This document shows positions 27,152-36,408 of a stretch of DNA of 64,000 nucleotides, one piece after another. The notes below the pieces were generated by a model, which saw only the letters and a list, made by a program, of their open reading frames with translations, ran no database searches and was not told where the DNA came from. Each line of letters opens with the position of its first letter. Within the stretch, counting starts at the first letter, position 1. The position numbers were made by a program, and so were the translations under genes. The DNA is from a bacterium (lineage in GTDB: Bacteria > Electryoneota > Electryoneia > Electryoneales > Electryoneaceae): positions 2,880,001 through 2,944,000 of the forward strand of contig CAXXKJ010000002.1 of the NCBI GenBank assembly GCA_963675295.2. The letters run 5' to 3'.

Positions 27152-28912
27152 TTAATTGTCCACCTTGTTTTCAAACGCCCTGCCGTCAGTAGGCAGGATG
27201 ATCCTGAATGTTGTGCCCTTGCCCGGTTCGCTGTCAACTTCGATTTCACCACCATGTTCCTGGACAATCCGGTAGCTGATCGACAGGCCGAGCCCCGTAC
27301 CCTTGCCGATTTCCTTTGTGGTGAAGAACGCATCAAAGATCTTTGAGCGGGTTTCCTCATCCATGCCGCTGCCGTTGTCTTCAATTTCAAGCGCCACCAT
27401 GGAATCGCCACGGTCGTGTGTTCGCACGATGATCTTGCCTGGGGGGTCGTCGATGGCGTGCGCGGCGTTGACCAGGATGTTGAGGAACACCTGGTTCAGT
27501 TGCTGCGGATTGCAGGTGACAGCCGGGATTCCGGTGTATTCCTTCTCGACCTCGGCTTTGTACTTGATCTCGTTCCAGACGATGTTCAGCGTGCTGTCCA
27601 GCGCCTGTTCGAGGTCAGACTCCATGATCTGGGAACGGTCGATGTTGCTGACGTTCTTCAGGTCCTTGACAATGGTGCTGACGCGCTGGGTGCCGTCAAT
27701 CGACTCATCCAGCAACTCCCCGAGATCCTCGAGGATGAAGTCAACCTTCGCCTTTTTCCAGACCTGCTGAATCTCCTCGTCGCCGTCCAGCTTGTCCTTC
27801 ATCGTGTGCAGGACGTCCGACACTTTGGCCACATACTTCTTCAGCGAGTTGAGGTTGGAATGGACAAACCCGATCGGGTTGTTGATCTCATGGGCGACAC
27901 CGGCGGCAAGTTGACCGATCGACGCCATTTTCTCCGAGGAGATCAACTGCGCCTGGGCGTTGCTCAGATCGTGCAACGTTTTTTCCAGCTGCTGGTTGCG
28001 GTCGGACAATTCCTTCGTCCGTGCCTCGACCAGTTTTTCAAGGTTCTCGGTGTGTTTCTTGACTTCCCGTTCGAGCTTCTTCTGCTCGGTGATGTCTTTC
28101 GCGATGCACAGTGCACCGATAATGTTCTCGTTCTTGTCGGACAAGGTACCGACGGACATCGAGACCACGATCAACACGCCGTCATTGCGTTTGACAATCG
28201 CCTCGCTGTGTTGAATGTCGCCGGGCTTGAGCTCATCGACGGAGACGCCGAACGGTCCATCCTGATCATTATCATCCGGCGGGAACAGCAGCCGGGTGTG
28301 TTCGCCCCGCATGTCTTCGGCGGAATAACCGAACAGGCGAGCCGCGCCCTGGTTGAACAGTGAGATTCGTCCGCCACGTCCCGCCGCGATTATCGCGTAA
28401 TCACGAGATGAATCGAGAACGGACTGCAGGAAGTTTTTTGTTTCGGTCAGCTCGGCGGTCCGTTTCCGGACAATCCGCTCGAGGTTTTTCTGGTATTCCT
28501 GGTTCTCACGGGTGAGACGGTGGCGCTCCATCGCCTTGCGCACGGTGAGGAACAGCTCCTCCATATTCATCGGTTTCTGGAGGTAGTCGTACGCACCTTT
28601 CTTCAGCGCCTCGATAGCGCTTTCCTGCGTACCCAGACCAGTCAAGACAATGACTTCGATGTCTGGATCGAGCTTGTGCGCTTCGTCCAACACTTGCAGC
28701 CCGTCCATCACCGGCATCATCAAGTCGGTGAGGATGACATGGATGTTGTTTTCCGGGATGAACAGGTCCATCCCTTCCTGCCCGTTCTCGGCGGGATACA
28801 CCTTGTATCCGCCGTACTCGAGGGCTTGAGTGAGCAAGGTACGGACGCTCTCCTCGTCATCGATGACGAGAATCCCGGGGGCTCTTTCTTCGTCTTTGTC
28901 GACCTGGTGCAT
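27152..28912 (-). CDS. cytoplasmic hybrid histidine kinase (REC-PAS-HisKA-HATPase)
   Basis: VIDDE...TDLMMP; [14 protein letters not shown]; H-box AHEINNP; DNGSG, FFTTK, GTGLGL; no TM segment. Confidence 0.93.
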   Translation of the reverse strand: MHQVDKDEERAPGILVIDDEESVRTLLTQALEYGGYKVYPAENGQEGMDLFIPENNIHVILTDLMMPVMDGLQVLDEAHKLDPDIEVIVLTGLGTQESAIEALKKGAYDYLQKPMNMEELFLTVRKAMERHRLTRENQEYQKNLERIVRKRTAELTETKNFLQSVLDSSRDYAIIAAGRGGRISLFNQGAARLFGYSAEDMRGEHTRLLFPPDDNDQDGPFGVSVDELKPGDIQHSEAIVKRNDGVLIVVSMSVGTLSDKNENIIGALCIAKDITEQKKLEREVKKHTENLEKLVEARTKELSDRNQQLEKTLHDLSNAQAQLISSEKMASIGQLAAGVAHEINNPIGFVHSNLNSLKKYVAKVSDVLHTMKDKLDGDEEIQQVWKKAKVDFILEDLGELLDESIDGTQRVSTIVKDLKNVSNIDRSQIMESDLEQALDSTLNIVWNEIKYKAEVEKEYTGIPAVTCNPQQLNQVFLNILVNAAHAIDDPPGKIIVRTHDRGDSMVALEIEDNGSGMDEETRSKIFDAFFTTKEIGKGTGLGLSISYRIVQEHGGEIEVDSEPGKGTTFRIILPTDGRAFENKVDN

Positions 28913-28913
28913 G

Positions 28914-29180
28914 TCAGTTGACTTGTGAGATGTAAGCGTAAATCAAGTTGACGAATTTGAACATGATCCCGAGCATCCACGGTGCAAGCAGAATCAGCAC
29001 GGTCACCACGGTGAGGATCTTTGGGATGAAGGTCAGTGTCATCTCCTGTACCTGCGTCACCGACTGCAGCAGGCTGATCCCCACACCCACAACCAGGCCG
29101 GAGAGGAGCATCGGTCCCGCGATAATCAGCGCGGTGAAAAGCGTTTCACGCACAATTTCGATGGCGAGTTGTTCAGTCAT
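28914..29180 (-). CDS. fliQ: export protein FliQ
   Basis: QSVTQVQEMTLTFIPK. Confidence 0.97.
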   Translation of the reverse strand: MTEQLAIEIVRETLFTALIIAGPMLLSGLVVGVGISLLQSVTQVQEMTLTFIPKILTVVTVLILLAPWMLGIMFKFVNLIYAYISQVN

Positions 29181-29938
29181 CGGAAACTCTGCACCATGGA
29201 TTCAACGACCAGGTACCAGCCGTCCACGAGCACGAACAGTAGCAATTTGAACGGCAGAGATATCATCACCGGGGGCAGCATCATCATCCCCATTGACATC
29301 AGGACGGACGCCACCACCATATCAACAATCAGCATCGGCATATAAATCAGGAACCCGATCTGGAACCCGATACGCAACTCACTGATGATGAACGCGGGAA
29401 TGATGACCCGCATCGGCAGTTGATCCGGATTGTCCGGCTGTGAAATTTCTGCAACCCGGACAAACAGGGCGAGGTCCTTCTCTCGAGTCTGCCCCAGCAT
29501 GAAATCGCGCAATGGTTCCTGGGCACGGTCCCAGGCCTGTTCGAGCGTGATCTCCTGCTTGGAATAGGGAGTCCACGCGTTATCGTGAATGTCGGTGATC
29601 ACCGGCGCCATGATAAACACGGTGAGGAACAGCGACAGGCCGACAATCATCTGGTTCGGGGGTAGCGACTGCGTGCTCAACGCCTGGCGCAGGAAGTGAA
29701 AGGCAACAATCAGGCGAACAAAACTGGTGGTCATAATCAGTATCGACGGAGCCAGGGTGAGTACGGTCAGCAGCAGCAGGATCTGAATCGTGACCGCCAG
29801 ATCGGCCGGGCCGGTAGCTGGATCAACATCCAGCGTGATGGCCGGCAGACCGGGAGTCTGTGCCCGTGCGGACGGAATCATCAGGACCGCGGCCAGCACA
29901 ACCAGTCCCAGGCTCAGTGTAAGCCATCTGCGCTTCAT
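29177..29938 (-). CDS. fliP: export protein FliP
   Basis: MTTSFVR, PPNQ, PAFIISEL, MGMMMLPP. Confidence 0.98.
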   Translation of the reverse strand: MKRRWLTLSLGLVVLAAVLMIPSARAQTPGLPAITLDVDPATGPADLAVTIQILLLLTVLTLAPSILIMTTSFVRLIVAFHFLRQALSTQSLPPNQMIVGLSLFLTVFIMAPVITDIHDNAWTPYSKQEITLEQAWDRAQEPLRDFMLGQTREKDLALFVRVAEISQPDNPDQLPMRVIIPAFIISELRIGFQIGFLIYMPMLIVDMVVASVLMSMGMMMLPPVMISLPFKLLLFVLVDGWYLVVESMVQSFR

Positions 29939-29943
29939 TAGCG

Positions 29944-31680
29944 CTACTTCCCCTTTTTCGCCATGTTGCCCACCACCATGTCGTCTTCCAGTCGGAATTC
30001 CGACCGGCCGTAGTCTTCCTCGATCAATTTCGAACGGGAGCCAATCGTAATTTTTACCCCGGAATGGACTTCGTTGTCAACAAGAACGCGCGCTTCTTTT
30101 TCCAGCTGGCTGATTTGTCCGAACCACTGATCCCGCAGAGTTTCAATTTCCTCAGTCCAACGATCGATTCCGCCCATGTGTTCGTACAGCAGATCAATCG
30201 CCTCGGACTGCTCTGGCGACAGCGGGTTCTTGCCCTCGTATTTCTTCTTCATCAGGCTATCGAGCGCCTGCTGCAGAATTTCCTTCATGTCCGTCCGGTG
30301 AGCCAGGGCGTCCGTCGCCTTGTTTAGCCGTTCGCTGAGCAACTGGTTCACGCCAACAATCATGTTGGTACGCTGGTTGTGCAGGTTGCCGGCGATTTTG
30401 GCGTTGATCCCCTTCGTGGCGGCAACCGTCCCACCGATAATTGCTCCCTTGCCATAGCGGACAACGACCTGGCCGAGGGTGATCACGTTCGCGTAGATGA
30501 TCTCTTCCGCAATGTGCACGTCCCCATTTCCAATCACCTTCTGGTTCTCGAGGAAACGGATGTGGGTCTCACCACAGACCCTCGCGATGCCTTTCCCCTT
30601 GCCGAGGAAACCGCCACGAACCTGCAGGTTTCCGCCGCAGTGGATGTAGGCGTCTTCCACCACGCCGTTGATTTCGATATCGCCGGATGCATAGATGGCG
30701 AACCCGGCGATCACGTTTCCGAGCACGTGGACCGCGCCGTCAAACCGGATGTTGCCGGTTGAAAAATCAACGTCACCTTCCACGATGAACTGCTCCGAAA
30801 CCGAGATCCGGTTGTCGTCCTGCATGCTGACCGCGCCACTGGTCGTCGCGACCAGACGGAACCCGTCCTTGTCCTCGAACTTGGTTCCGGGACCGGCATT
30901 CAGCGGGATGTCGTGACCAATCACACCCACCAGCTGCTTATCGCGCACTGTAAAGCCGGGATCACCCCGCTCCGCCGGGGTCTTCACCGCCAGCAGCTCA
31001 CCCTCCTTCACCTGCTGGATGACACCGACTTCCTTGTAATTGGCGTGGCCCTTCTCGTCGTAGGAGACCTGCGGCTGTGGGTTGCGTTCGAAAAACAGCT
31101 CGAGCTTTGCACTGATGCCTTCGCCCGGCGGTTTTCCCCGGGCAACAACGACAGGGAACCCTCGCGGCCCCTCTTCGTCCATCAGCTTATCAATCGCGTC
31201 ATTATCGTATCCAGCGATCACACCGGCACGCTGCAACGCGTTGACAATGGCGGACCGGGACACGGCTCCGTTGACCTTGACGTTGACGCTGGCTTCCATG
31301 CCGTCGTCACTAACGGTCGCCGCAACCTCGCTGTCGGTTAAACCGCTGTCGTCAAAGAACTCCGTGCTCTCTTCTTCGCCGTCTTCTTCAGATTCTTCGC
31401 CTGCGGTGATGGTTTCGGTCGCCTCACCAGCGTCAGTGGTGGTTTCATCCTTCGGACCCGAGTCGGTATCCCCGGGTTCGGCGGTACCAGTCGTCTCCTC
31501 GGTTTGGCCTGCCACGGCTTCGGGAGTGGATTCAGCTTCTGCTTCAGCGGGCGATGGGTCGATGGAGTCTTCTGGTTTGCGAGCCTCCTCCCCATTCTCG
31601 TCCTCCGCTCGACCAGGCACGGCCGGTTGTTGCAGGAAGACGCGATAACGCGGATGCAATCGTTCGAGGAGGATGCTCAT
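29944..31680 (-). CDS. fapA: DUF342/FapA family protein with acidic N-terminal extension
   Basis: VARGKPP, V.GDVDFSTGNIRFDGAV.V.G, GAIIGG, C-terminal coiled coil. Confidence 0.85.
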   Translation of the reverse strand: MSILLERLHPRYRVFLQQPAVPGRAEDENGEEARKPEDSIDPSPAEAEAESTPEAVAGQTEETTGTAEPGDTDSGPKDETTTDAGEATETITAGEESEEDGEEESTEFFDDSGLTDSEVAATVSDDGMEASVNVKVNGAVSRSAIVNALQRAGVIAGYDNDAIDKLMDEEGPRGFPVVVARGKPPGEGISAKLELFFERNPQPQVSYDEKGHANYKEVGVIQQVKEGELLAVKTPAERGDPGFTVRDKQLVGVIGHDIPLNAGPGTKFEDKDGFRLVATTSGAVSMQDDNRISVSEQFIVEGDVDFSTGNIRFDGAVHVLGNVIAGFAIYASGDIEINGVVEDAYIHCGGNLQVRGGFLGKGKGIARVCGETHIRFLENQKVIGNGDVHIAEEIIYANVITLGQVVVRYGKGAIIGGTVAATKGINAKIAGNLHNQRTNMIVGVNQLLSERLNKATDALAHRTDMKEILQQALDSLMKKKYEGKNPLSPEQSEAIDLLYEHMGGIDRWTEEIETLRDQWFGQISQLEKEARVLVDNEVHSGVKITIGSRSKLIEEDYGRSEFRLEDDMVVGNMAKKGK

Positions 31681-32102
31681 CAGGATTCCAGGTCGGAGGG
31701 TGGTCCGGAGGTGGACAGGGTGCGGTGCGTGTCACTGTCATCGGTCCACTGGTCGATCTTGTTCAAGGATTGGTCCGATCCGCCGATGAGATAGTTCATC
31801 TTGCCGATCCGGACGATGTACAGGAAGCGCTTCGGTCCCAGAGCACGAGTAGCCCGAAGTTCGATTCTTTCTCCCCGTTGTGGAGCGTTTGGCAGTTTTT
31901 CCAGCATCCTCGGATAGTAGCGGCGGATGAGGTAGACCATCAGGAAGAACAGAGCGAGCACAAACGCCAGAGCAACAATCGCCTTGAGGATGCTGAAGGT
32001 CAGATCCCCCTGCAATTCGCTCTGCGCGTACGCAGACTGCGCCATGCTGATCAGGGCAGACGAAAGTACCGTGCGTTTGACCGGCGGGTTGAATCCTCTC
32101 AT
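31680..32102 (-). CDS. fliO: FliO/FliZ
   Basis: One TM then ALGPKRFLYIVRIGKMNYLIG; follows fliN-type gene. Confidence 0.85.
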   Translation of the reverse strand: MRGFNPPVKRTVLSSALISMAQSAYAQSELQGDLTFSILKAIVALAFVLALFFLMVYLIRRYYPRMLEKLPNAPQRGERIELRATRALGPKRFLYIVRIGKMNYLIGGSDQSLNKIDQWTDDSDTHRTLSTSGPPSDLES

Positions 32103-33031
32103 CGAAGCGCCTTTATCCGATCCTCCACACTGAGCAATTCGGTGATGCGAATGCCGAAGTTTTCATCGATGACAACAACTTCGCCAAGCGCGAACTGCTT
32201 GTCGTTAATATAGAGATCCACAGGTTCCCCCGAGAGCTTCTGCAACTCGATGACGGAACCCGGTCCCAATTCCAACACATCACGGATCAGCATCTCGGTA
32301 CGGCCCAGTTCAATTGTGACCGGCAGCGAGATGTCCATCAGCAGGTCGAGATTGCGTGGCATTTCTCCGTTGGTGCTCGCACCATCGGAATCGAACTCGC
32401 CGAACTCGGCCCGTTTCACCTTCTGCGCATCATCACCGGTCGCCGGCAGATCCCCGGCGGCGGCGTCGGGAGCTTTCACCGTGGCGGGATCGATCAGCGT
32501 TTTCAACGTGTCGAACAACTCACGGTTGGCGAAGTAGCAGACCTGGGACTCGCCCCACCCCTCAATGGTAACGTTGAGCACGGTCCCGAAGTATGCCGGC
32601 AGATCAATCTCCAGATCCCCGGCGAGCACCACGCTGGCCTGCGCGCCTTCGGGATTGAGGTCGGTCTTGAGCTCCTCGGCCCACTGGGTTGCCTGCGCTC
32701 CGACAATCTGGTTGATGGCCTCGGCGACACCGTCCAACGATTCGTGTTCGTTGAATTCGGCGGAACCATCGCCCATCACCATCAGGTCGGTAATCGCGGC
32801 GGCAAGCTTCTTGGCGAAGAAATAGTACTGGCCGGCCTCAACGCCACCGGCAAGCGGCGCTTCGACCATCACCATTTCTTCTTCGAAGGTGCGTTTCAGC
32901 ATTTCGTAGGACGCGTCCTGGAACTCGTAAATGCTGATCTCGACATCGCGATTGAGGATCGGGCGCAGAACCTCAACGACAATTTCCAGCGCCTTATCCA
33001 TCACGGCGGTATAAATCGGGTCAATCGCCAT
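32099..33031 (-). CDS. fliY: switch protein FliY/FliN (CheC-like plus FliN domains)
   Basis: AEAINQIVG (E-x2-N); NLDLLMDISL...GEVVVIDENFGIRIT; start 33031 inferred. Confidence 0.85.
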   Translation of the reverse strand: MAIDPIYTAVMDKALEIVVEVLRPILNRDVEISIYEFQDASYEMLKRTFEEEMVMVEAPLAGGVEAGQYYFFAKKLAAAITDLMVMGDGSAEFNEHESLDGVAEAINQIVGAQATQWAEELKTDLNPEGAQASVVLAGDLEIDLPAYFGTVLNVTIEGWGESQVCYFANRELFDTLKTLIDPATVKAPDAAAGDLPATGDDAQKVKRAEFGEFDSDGASTNGEMPRNLDLLMDISLPVTIELGRTEMLIRDVLELGPGSVIELQKLSGEPVDLYINDKQFALGEVVVIDENFGIRITELLSVEDRIKALR

Positions 33032-33041
33032 GGGTGCCTCT

Positions 33042-34034
33042 TTAGAATTCGATGGAGAGTTTTTCATCATCAGACAACTGCCGGGTTACGCGAACGGCCA
33101 TTTTCCGGCCGGACTTGCCCGGCAGACCGAACATTTTCGTCCGGTTGCCCACCTTGATGACCAACTCCTCCTTCAGATCTTTGTCAAGTTGAATGATGTC
33201 ATCCTTGCGCAGGGACAGGAAATCCTTCACACGGATGGATGTTTCGTCGAAAACCGCGCTAACGTCCACGCTGGTCGCCTTGAGGCGATCCTCAAGCATC
33301 TTGACTTCTTCCTCACCGATCTTGCGTGTGGTGGTGAAGAAGGTCTGCGAGGACAATTTCTGCAAAATTGGTTCGAGCACGAAGTACGGGAAGCCGATGT
33401 TCATCGGATACACTGCCCCGCGCACCTTCACCTCGAAAAAGATGATGGCGATGGTTTCACTCGAACGGGCAATCTGCACGAACTGCGGGTCCGTCTCAAA
33501 CGAATCGAACGAAGCGTTGAGCGGAAAAACCTGCGACCAGACTTCGTTCAGCGTGGTAATCAGGTTGTTGATAATGCGTTGCACAATGTTCTGCTCGATC
33601 AGGGTGATCTCACGGACTTCGATTTCCGTCTCCCCCGACCCTCCAAGCAGCCGGTCAACGATAAACAGCAGCAGTTGCGGGCTGATCTCGACAACGGCCT
33701 TGCCCTCGATGTCCTGAAATTTGAGCAGGTAGAGACTGGACGGCATCGACAGCGACATCGTGTATTCGCTGTACGTGACCTGGTCGATGGAAATCACGTT
33801 GACATCGACCAGCGCGCGCATGTTCGTCGAAAGGAACGTCGCCAGCAGTCGGGCGAAGTTCTCATGGATCGTGCGCATCGAACGGATCTGCTCTTTGCTG
33901 ATCCGGTCGGGGTGCTTGAAATCGTAGACGGTAACAGCTTTCCGGGTTTCCGTCTCAATCGAGTCGTACGATTTGCCCTTGGATACACTGCTTAAGAGGG
34001 CATCGATTTCGTCCTGTGAAAGAATACGGTTCAT
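33042..34034 (-). CDS. fliM: switch protein FliM
   Basis: LSQDEIDALL, YDFKHPDR, ETDPQFVQI. Confidence 0.97.
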   Translation of the reverse strand: MNRILSQDEIDALLSSVSKGKSYDSIETETRKAVTVYDFKHPDRISKEQIRSMRTIHENFARLLATFLSTNMRALVDVNVISIDQVTYSEYTMSLSMPSSLYLLKFQDIEGKAVVEISPQLLLFIVDRLLGGSGETEIEVREITLIEQNIVQRIINNLITTLNEVWSQVFPLNASFDSFETDPQFVQIARSSETIAIIFFEVKVRGAVYPMNIGFPYFVLEPILQKLSSQTFFTTTRKIGEEEVKMLEDRLKATSVDVSAVFDETSIRVKDFLSLRKDDIIQLDKDLKEELVIKVGNRTKMFGLPGKSGRKMAVRVTRQLSDDEKLSIEF

Positions 34035-34049
34035 CGCAACACCGCGTCG

Positions 34050-34583
34050 CTATTGCAGCACGTAGCGGACGAAAAAGACTCGTCCGACTTTGCCGCTGGT
34101 CAGGTGATGGTTGGCGATCTGCTGCACCCGGTCACGGATTTTATCCCGGTACGAGATGTCAGACAGGACCGGCAATCGTTGAGCCGACAGGAAGGTGTTG
34201 ATGTTATCGCGCAGCAGGGGTTCCATCGAGCCCATCTCCGCGACAACCGCGTCACTGCCGGTTTCGAACCCGATATCGACGAGCAGGATCTTCGTGCCCT
34301 TGGAATCGGTCGGGTTGACGATAATCCCTTCAATGGTATAGAGCAGGCCTGTCAGGTTTTCCTCTTCCATCGGCGGGCCGCCGGGGAAATACGGATTCGC
34401 CTCCAGCAGCCAGTTCATGATGGTCCAGGAAGAAAAGCCCTGCAGCGCAACGATACCGACGAGGATGCCGATGAAGATGGGCATGCTCAAGCCGCGGCTT
34501 CCGCCTCCGCTCGGTGCACCACCTTCCGGCATTTCGTTTTCCGGCAGCTCTACGCTTGCCACATCCTGATCAGCTTCGTTCAT
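34050..34583 (-). CDS. fliL: FliL
   Basis: Single TM, IIVNP, PLLRD, VFFVRYVLQ; between motB and fliM. Confidence 0.88.
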   Translation of the reverse strand: MNEADQDVASVELPENEMPEGGAPSGGGSRGLSMPIFIGILVGIVALQGFSSWTIMNWLLEANPYFPGGPPMEEENLTGLLYTIEGIIVNPTDSKGTKILLVDIGFETGSDAVVAEMGSMEPLLRDNINTFLSAQRLPVLSDISYRDKIRDRVQQIANHHLTSGKVGRVFFVRYVLQ

Positions 34584-35311
34584 GGGTAGTACCCTCTCGC
34601 GGCCGCTTCCGGTGCAAGCGGGTCCGCAAATTCCAGGAAAATCTCCACCCGCCGGTTTCTCGCCCGTCCGGCCGGGGTATCATTGGTCGATCGGGGACGG
34701 TACTCGCCGTACCCGACTCCACTCATCTTCTGCGGTGGAATGTCCGAATTCGCTGCAAGGTACTTGACAACCTGCACCGCACGGGACGCGCTCAGCTCCC
34801 AGTTGCTCGGGTAGCGCACCGTGTTGATCGGCACGTCGTCCGTATGTCCCTCCACCCGGATCAGGTCGAAGGATCGTTTCGAAATCATGTCACCAAGGCG
34901 AACCAGCAAATTCTGAAAGATCGGTGTCAGATCCGCGGATCCGCTGTTGAACAATAACGAGTCCGACAGGATCAGGCGCACACCCTGCGGCGTGTTGTAC
35001 ACCTCGATAAATTCCAGCGCCGAGTTTTCTTCCTGCATCTCGGCGACTTCCTCGACCACTTCCTCGGCTTCGCGGGCCTGGTCTTGCATGTTCCGCAGGT
35101 AGGTCATCGGGATGGCATTGTTCATGCTGGGCATGACACCCAAACCTTCCCGCAGACTTTCCATCGCCGCGCGGAATTTGACAACTTCGGTCGACGAGAA
35201 CGAGACGATGAGCACGAAGAAGGTGAGCAGCAGCGTCATCATGTCACCATAGGTGACCATCCACGCTGGCGCTCCACTGGGTTCCGGTGGCGGACACTTC
35301 TTCTTTGCCAT
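34580..35311 (-). CDS. motB: stator protein MotB
   Basis: WMVTYGDMMTLLLTFF; GHTDDVP, NWELSASRA, NRRVEI. Confidence 0.97.
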   Translation of the reverse strand: MAKKKCPPPEPSGAPAWMVTYGDMMTLLLTFFVLIVSFSSTEVVKFRAAMESLREGLGVMPSMNNAIPMTYLRNMQDQAREAEEVVEEVAEMQEENSALEFIEVYNTPQGVRLILSDSLLFNSGSADLTPIFQNLLVRLGDMISKRSFDLIRVEGHTDDVPINTVRYPSNWELSASRAVQVVKYLAANSDIPPQKMSGVGYGEYRPRSTNDTPAGRARNRRVEIFLEFADPLAPEAAARGYYP

Positions 35312-35325
35312 CGCTCAGGGTCTCG

Positions 35326-36102
35326 TTACGCGGCTTGCGCCGCATCATCATCCACGCGTACCGCCGGTGGCAAGAAGGTTGTCAGCTTCTGCTTCACCAC
35401 GCGTGGGTTATCACCAGACTGAATCGAAAGAATACCCTCGATAACCATCTCTTTCTGCCGGATTTCCTCTCCGGACCGGTATTCCAGTTTGCCCGCCATC
35501 GGCAGGAAAATGATGTTCGCCGCCATCGACCCGTACAAGGTCGTCACCAGCGCCGTCGCCATACCGGCGCCGATCTTGGACGGATCATCCAGCGCGGCTA
35601 GCATCTGGATCAACCCGATCAGGGTACCGACCATGCCGAACGCCGGAGCGTACGTACCCAGCGCCTCAAACACCTTTTTGCCAAGCATGTGGCGGGTTTC
35701 CATTCCGCCGAGCTCACTCTCGAGAATGCTGCGGATGACTTCCGGCTCGACACCGTCGACCGCATACTGAATCCCAAGCCGCATGAACGGATCGGTGATG
35801 GAATCCAGTTCGCGTTCTATCGCGAGGATGCCTTCACGCCGGGCCTTTTCCGCGATCTTAACCAGGGTTTCAATGGTTTCCTGCGGCGCATCGATGGTGC
35901 TCATGAACGTTTTCTTGGCCACGTTCACCACCGCGAGTACGTCCTTCAACGGGAAATTGACAAGGGTTGCGCCAAACGCACCACCGAAAACGATCATCAC
36001 CGACGGCAGGCTGAAGAAGAAACTGACGCCTGATCCGGTGAGGATGGACGCAATCACCAGTACCGCGGATGCGATCAAGCCGATTAAAGTTGCGATATCC
36101 AT
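35326..36102 (-). CDS. motA: stator protein MotA/PomA
   Basis: ARREGILA, APAFGMVGTLIGLI, ALVTTLYG. Confidence 0.97.
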   Translation of the reverse strand: MDIATLIGLIASAVLVIASILTGSGVSFFFSLPSVMIVFGGAFGATLVNFPLKDVLAVVNVAKKTFMSTIDAPQETIETLVKIAEKARREGILAIERELDSITDPFMRLGIQYAVDGVEPEVIRSILESELGGMETRHMLGKKVFEALGTYAPAFGMVGTLIGLIQMLAALDDPSKIGAGMATALVTTLYGSMAANIIFLPMAGKLEYRSGEEIRQKEMVIEGILSIQSGDNPRVVKQKLTTFLPPAVRVDDDAAQAA

Positions 36103-36114
36103 CGTTCGTTCCCG

Positions 36115-36315
36115 CTACCGGTTGCCCGCCATGGGTTGCATCACACGTTGCCGGAAGGCAACGATCCTGTCCACCAGTTCTTCCGGCGACAGGCTCGTGA
36201 TGATTTTCTTGCCATCGGTCAAAGTGATGATGGTGTCTGGAGTCTGCTCGATGAATTCGATCATATCCGAATTCACGATCAGTTCGCTGTCGTCCAGCCG
36301 GGTTACATGAATCAT
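36115..36315 (-). CDS. flbD: flagellar FlbD/SwrD-family small protein
   Basis: MIHVTRLD...NSDMIEFIEQTPDTIITLTDGKK; start 36315 with GGAGG RBS. Confidence 0.9.
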   Translation of the reverse strand: MIHVTRLDDSELIVNSDMIEFIEQTPDTIITLTDGKKIITSLSPEELVDRIVAFRQRVMQPMAGNR

Positions 36316-36369
36316 CCTGCCTCCCCACCGCTTCAGGTGGCGCGAACCACACTGAACGGGGTTATGATC

Positions 36370-36396
36370 AGGCGGCGGCCATCCAGGCCGCCGCCT
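36370..36396 (-). terminator. GC-rich stem-loop after flgE (stabiliser or weak terminator)
   Basis: AGGCGGCGGCC-atcca-GGCCGCCGCCT, 11-bp stem; no U-tract. Confidence 0.5.
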
Positions 36397-36408
36397 CATG
36401 CGTATTGC

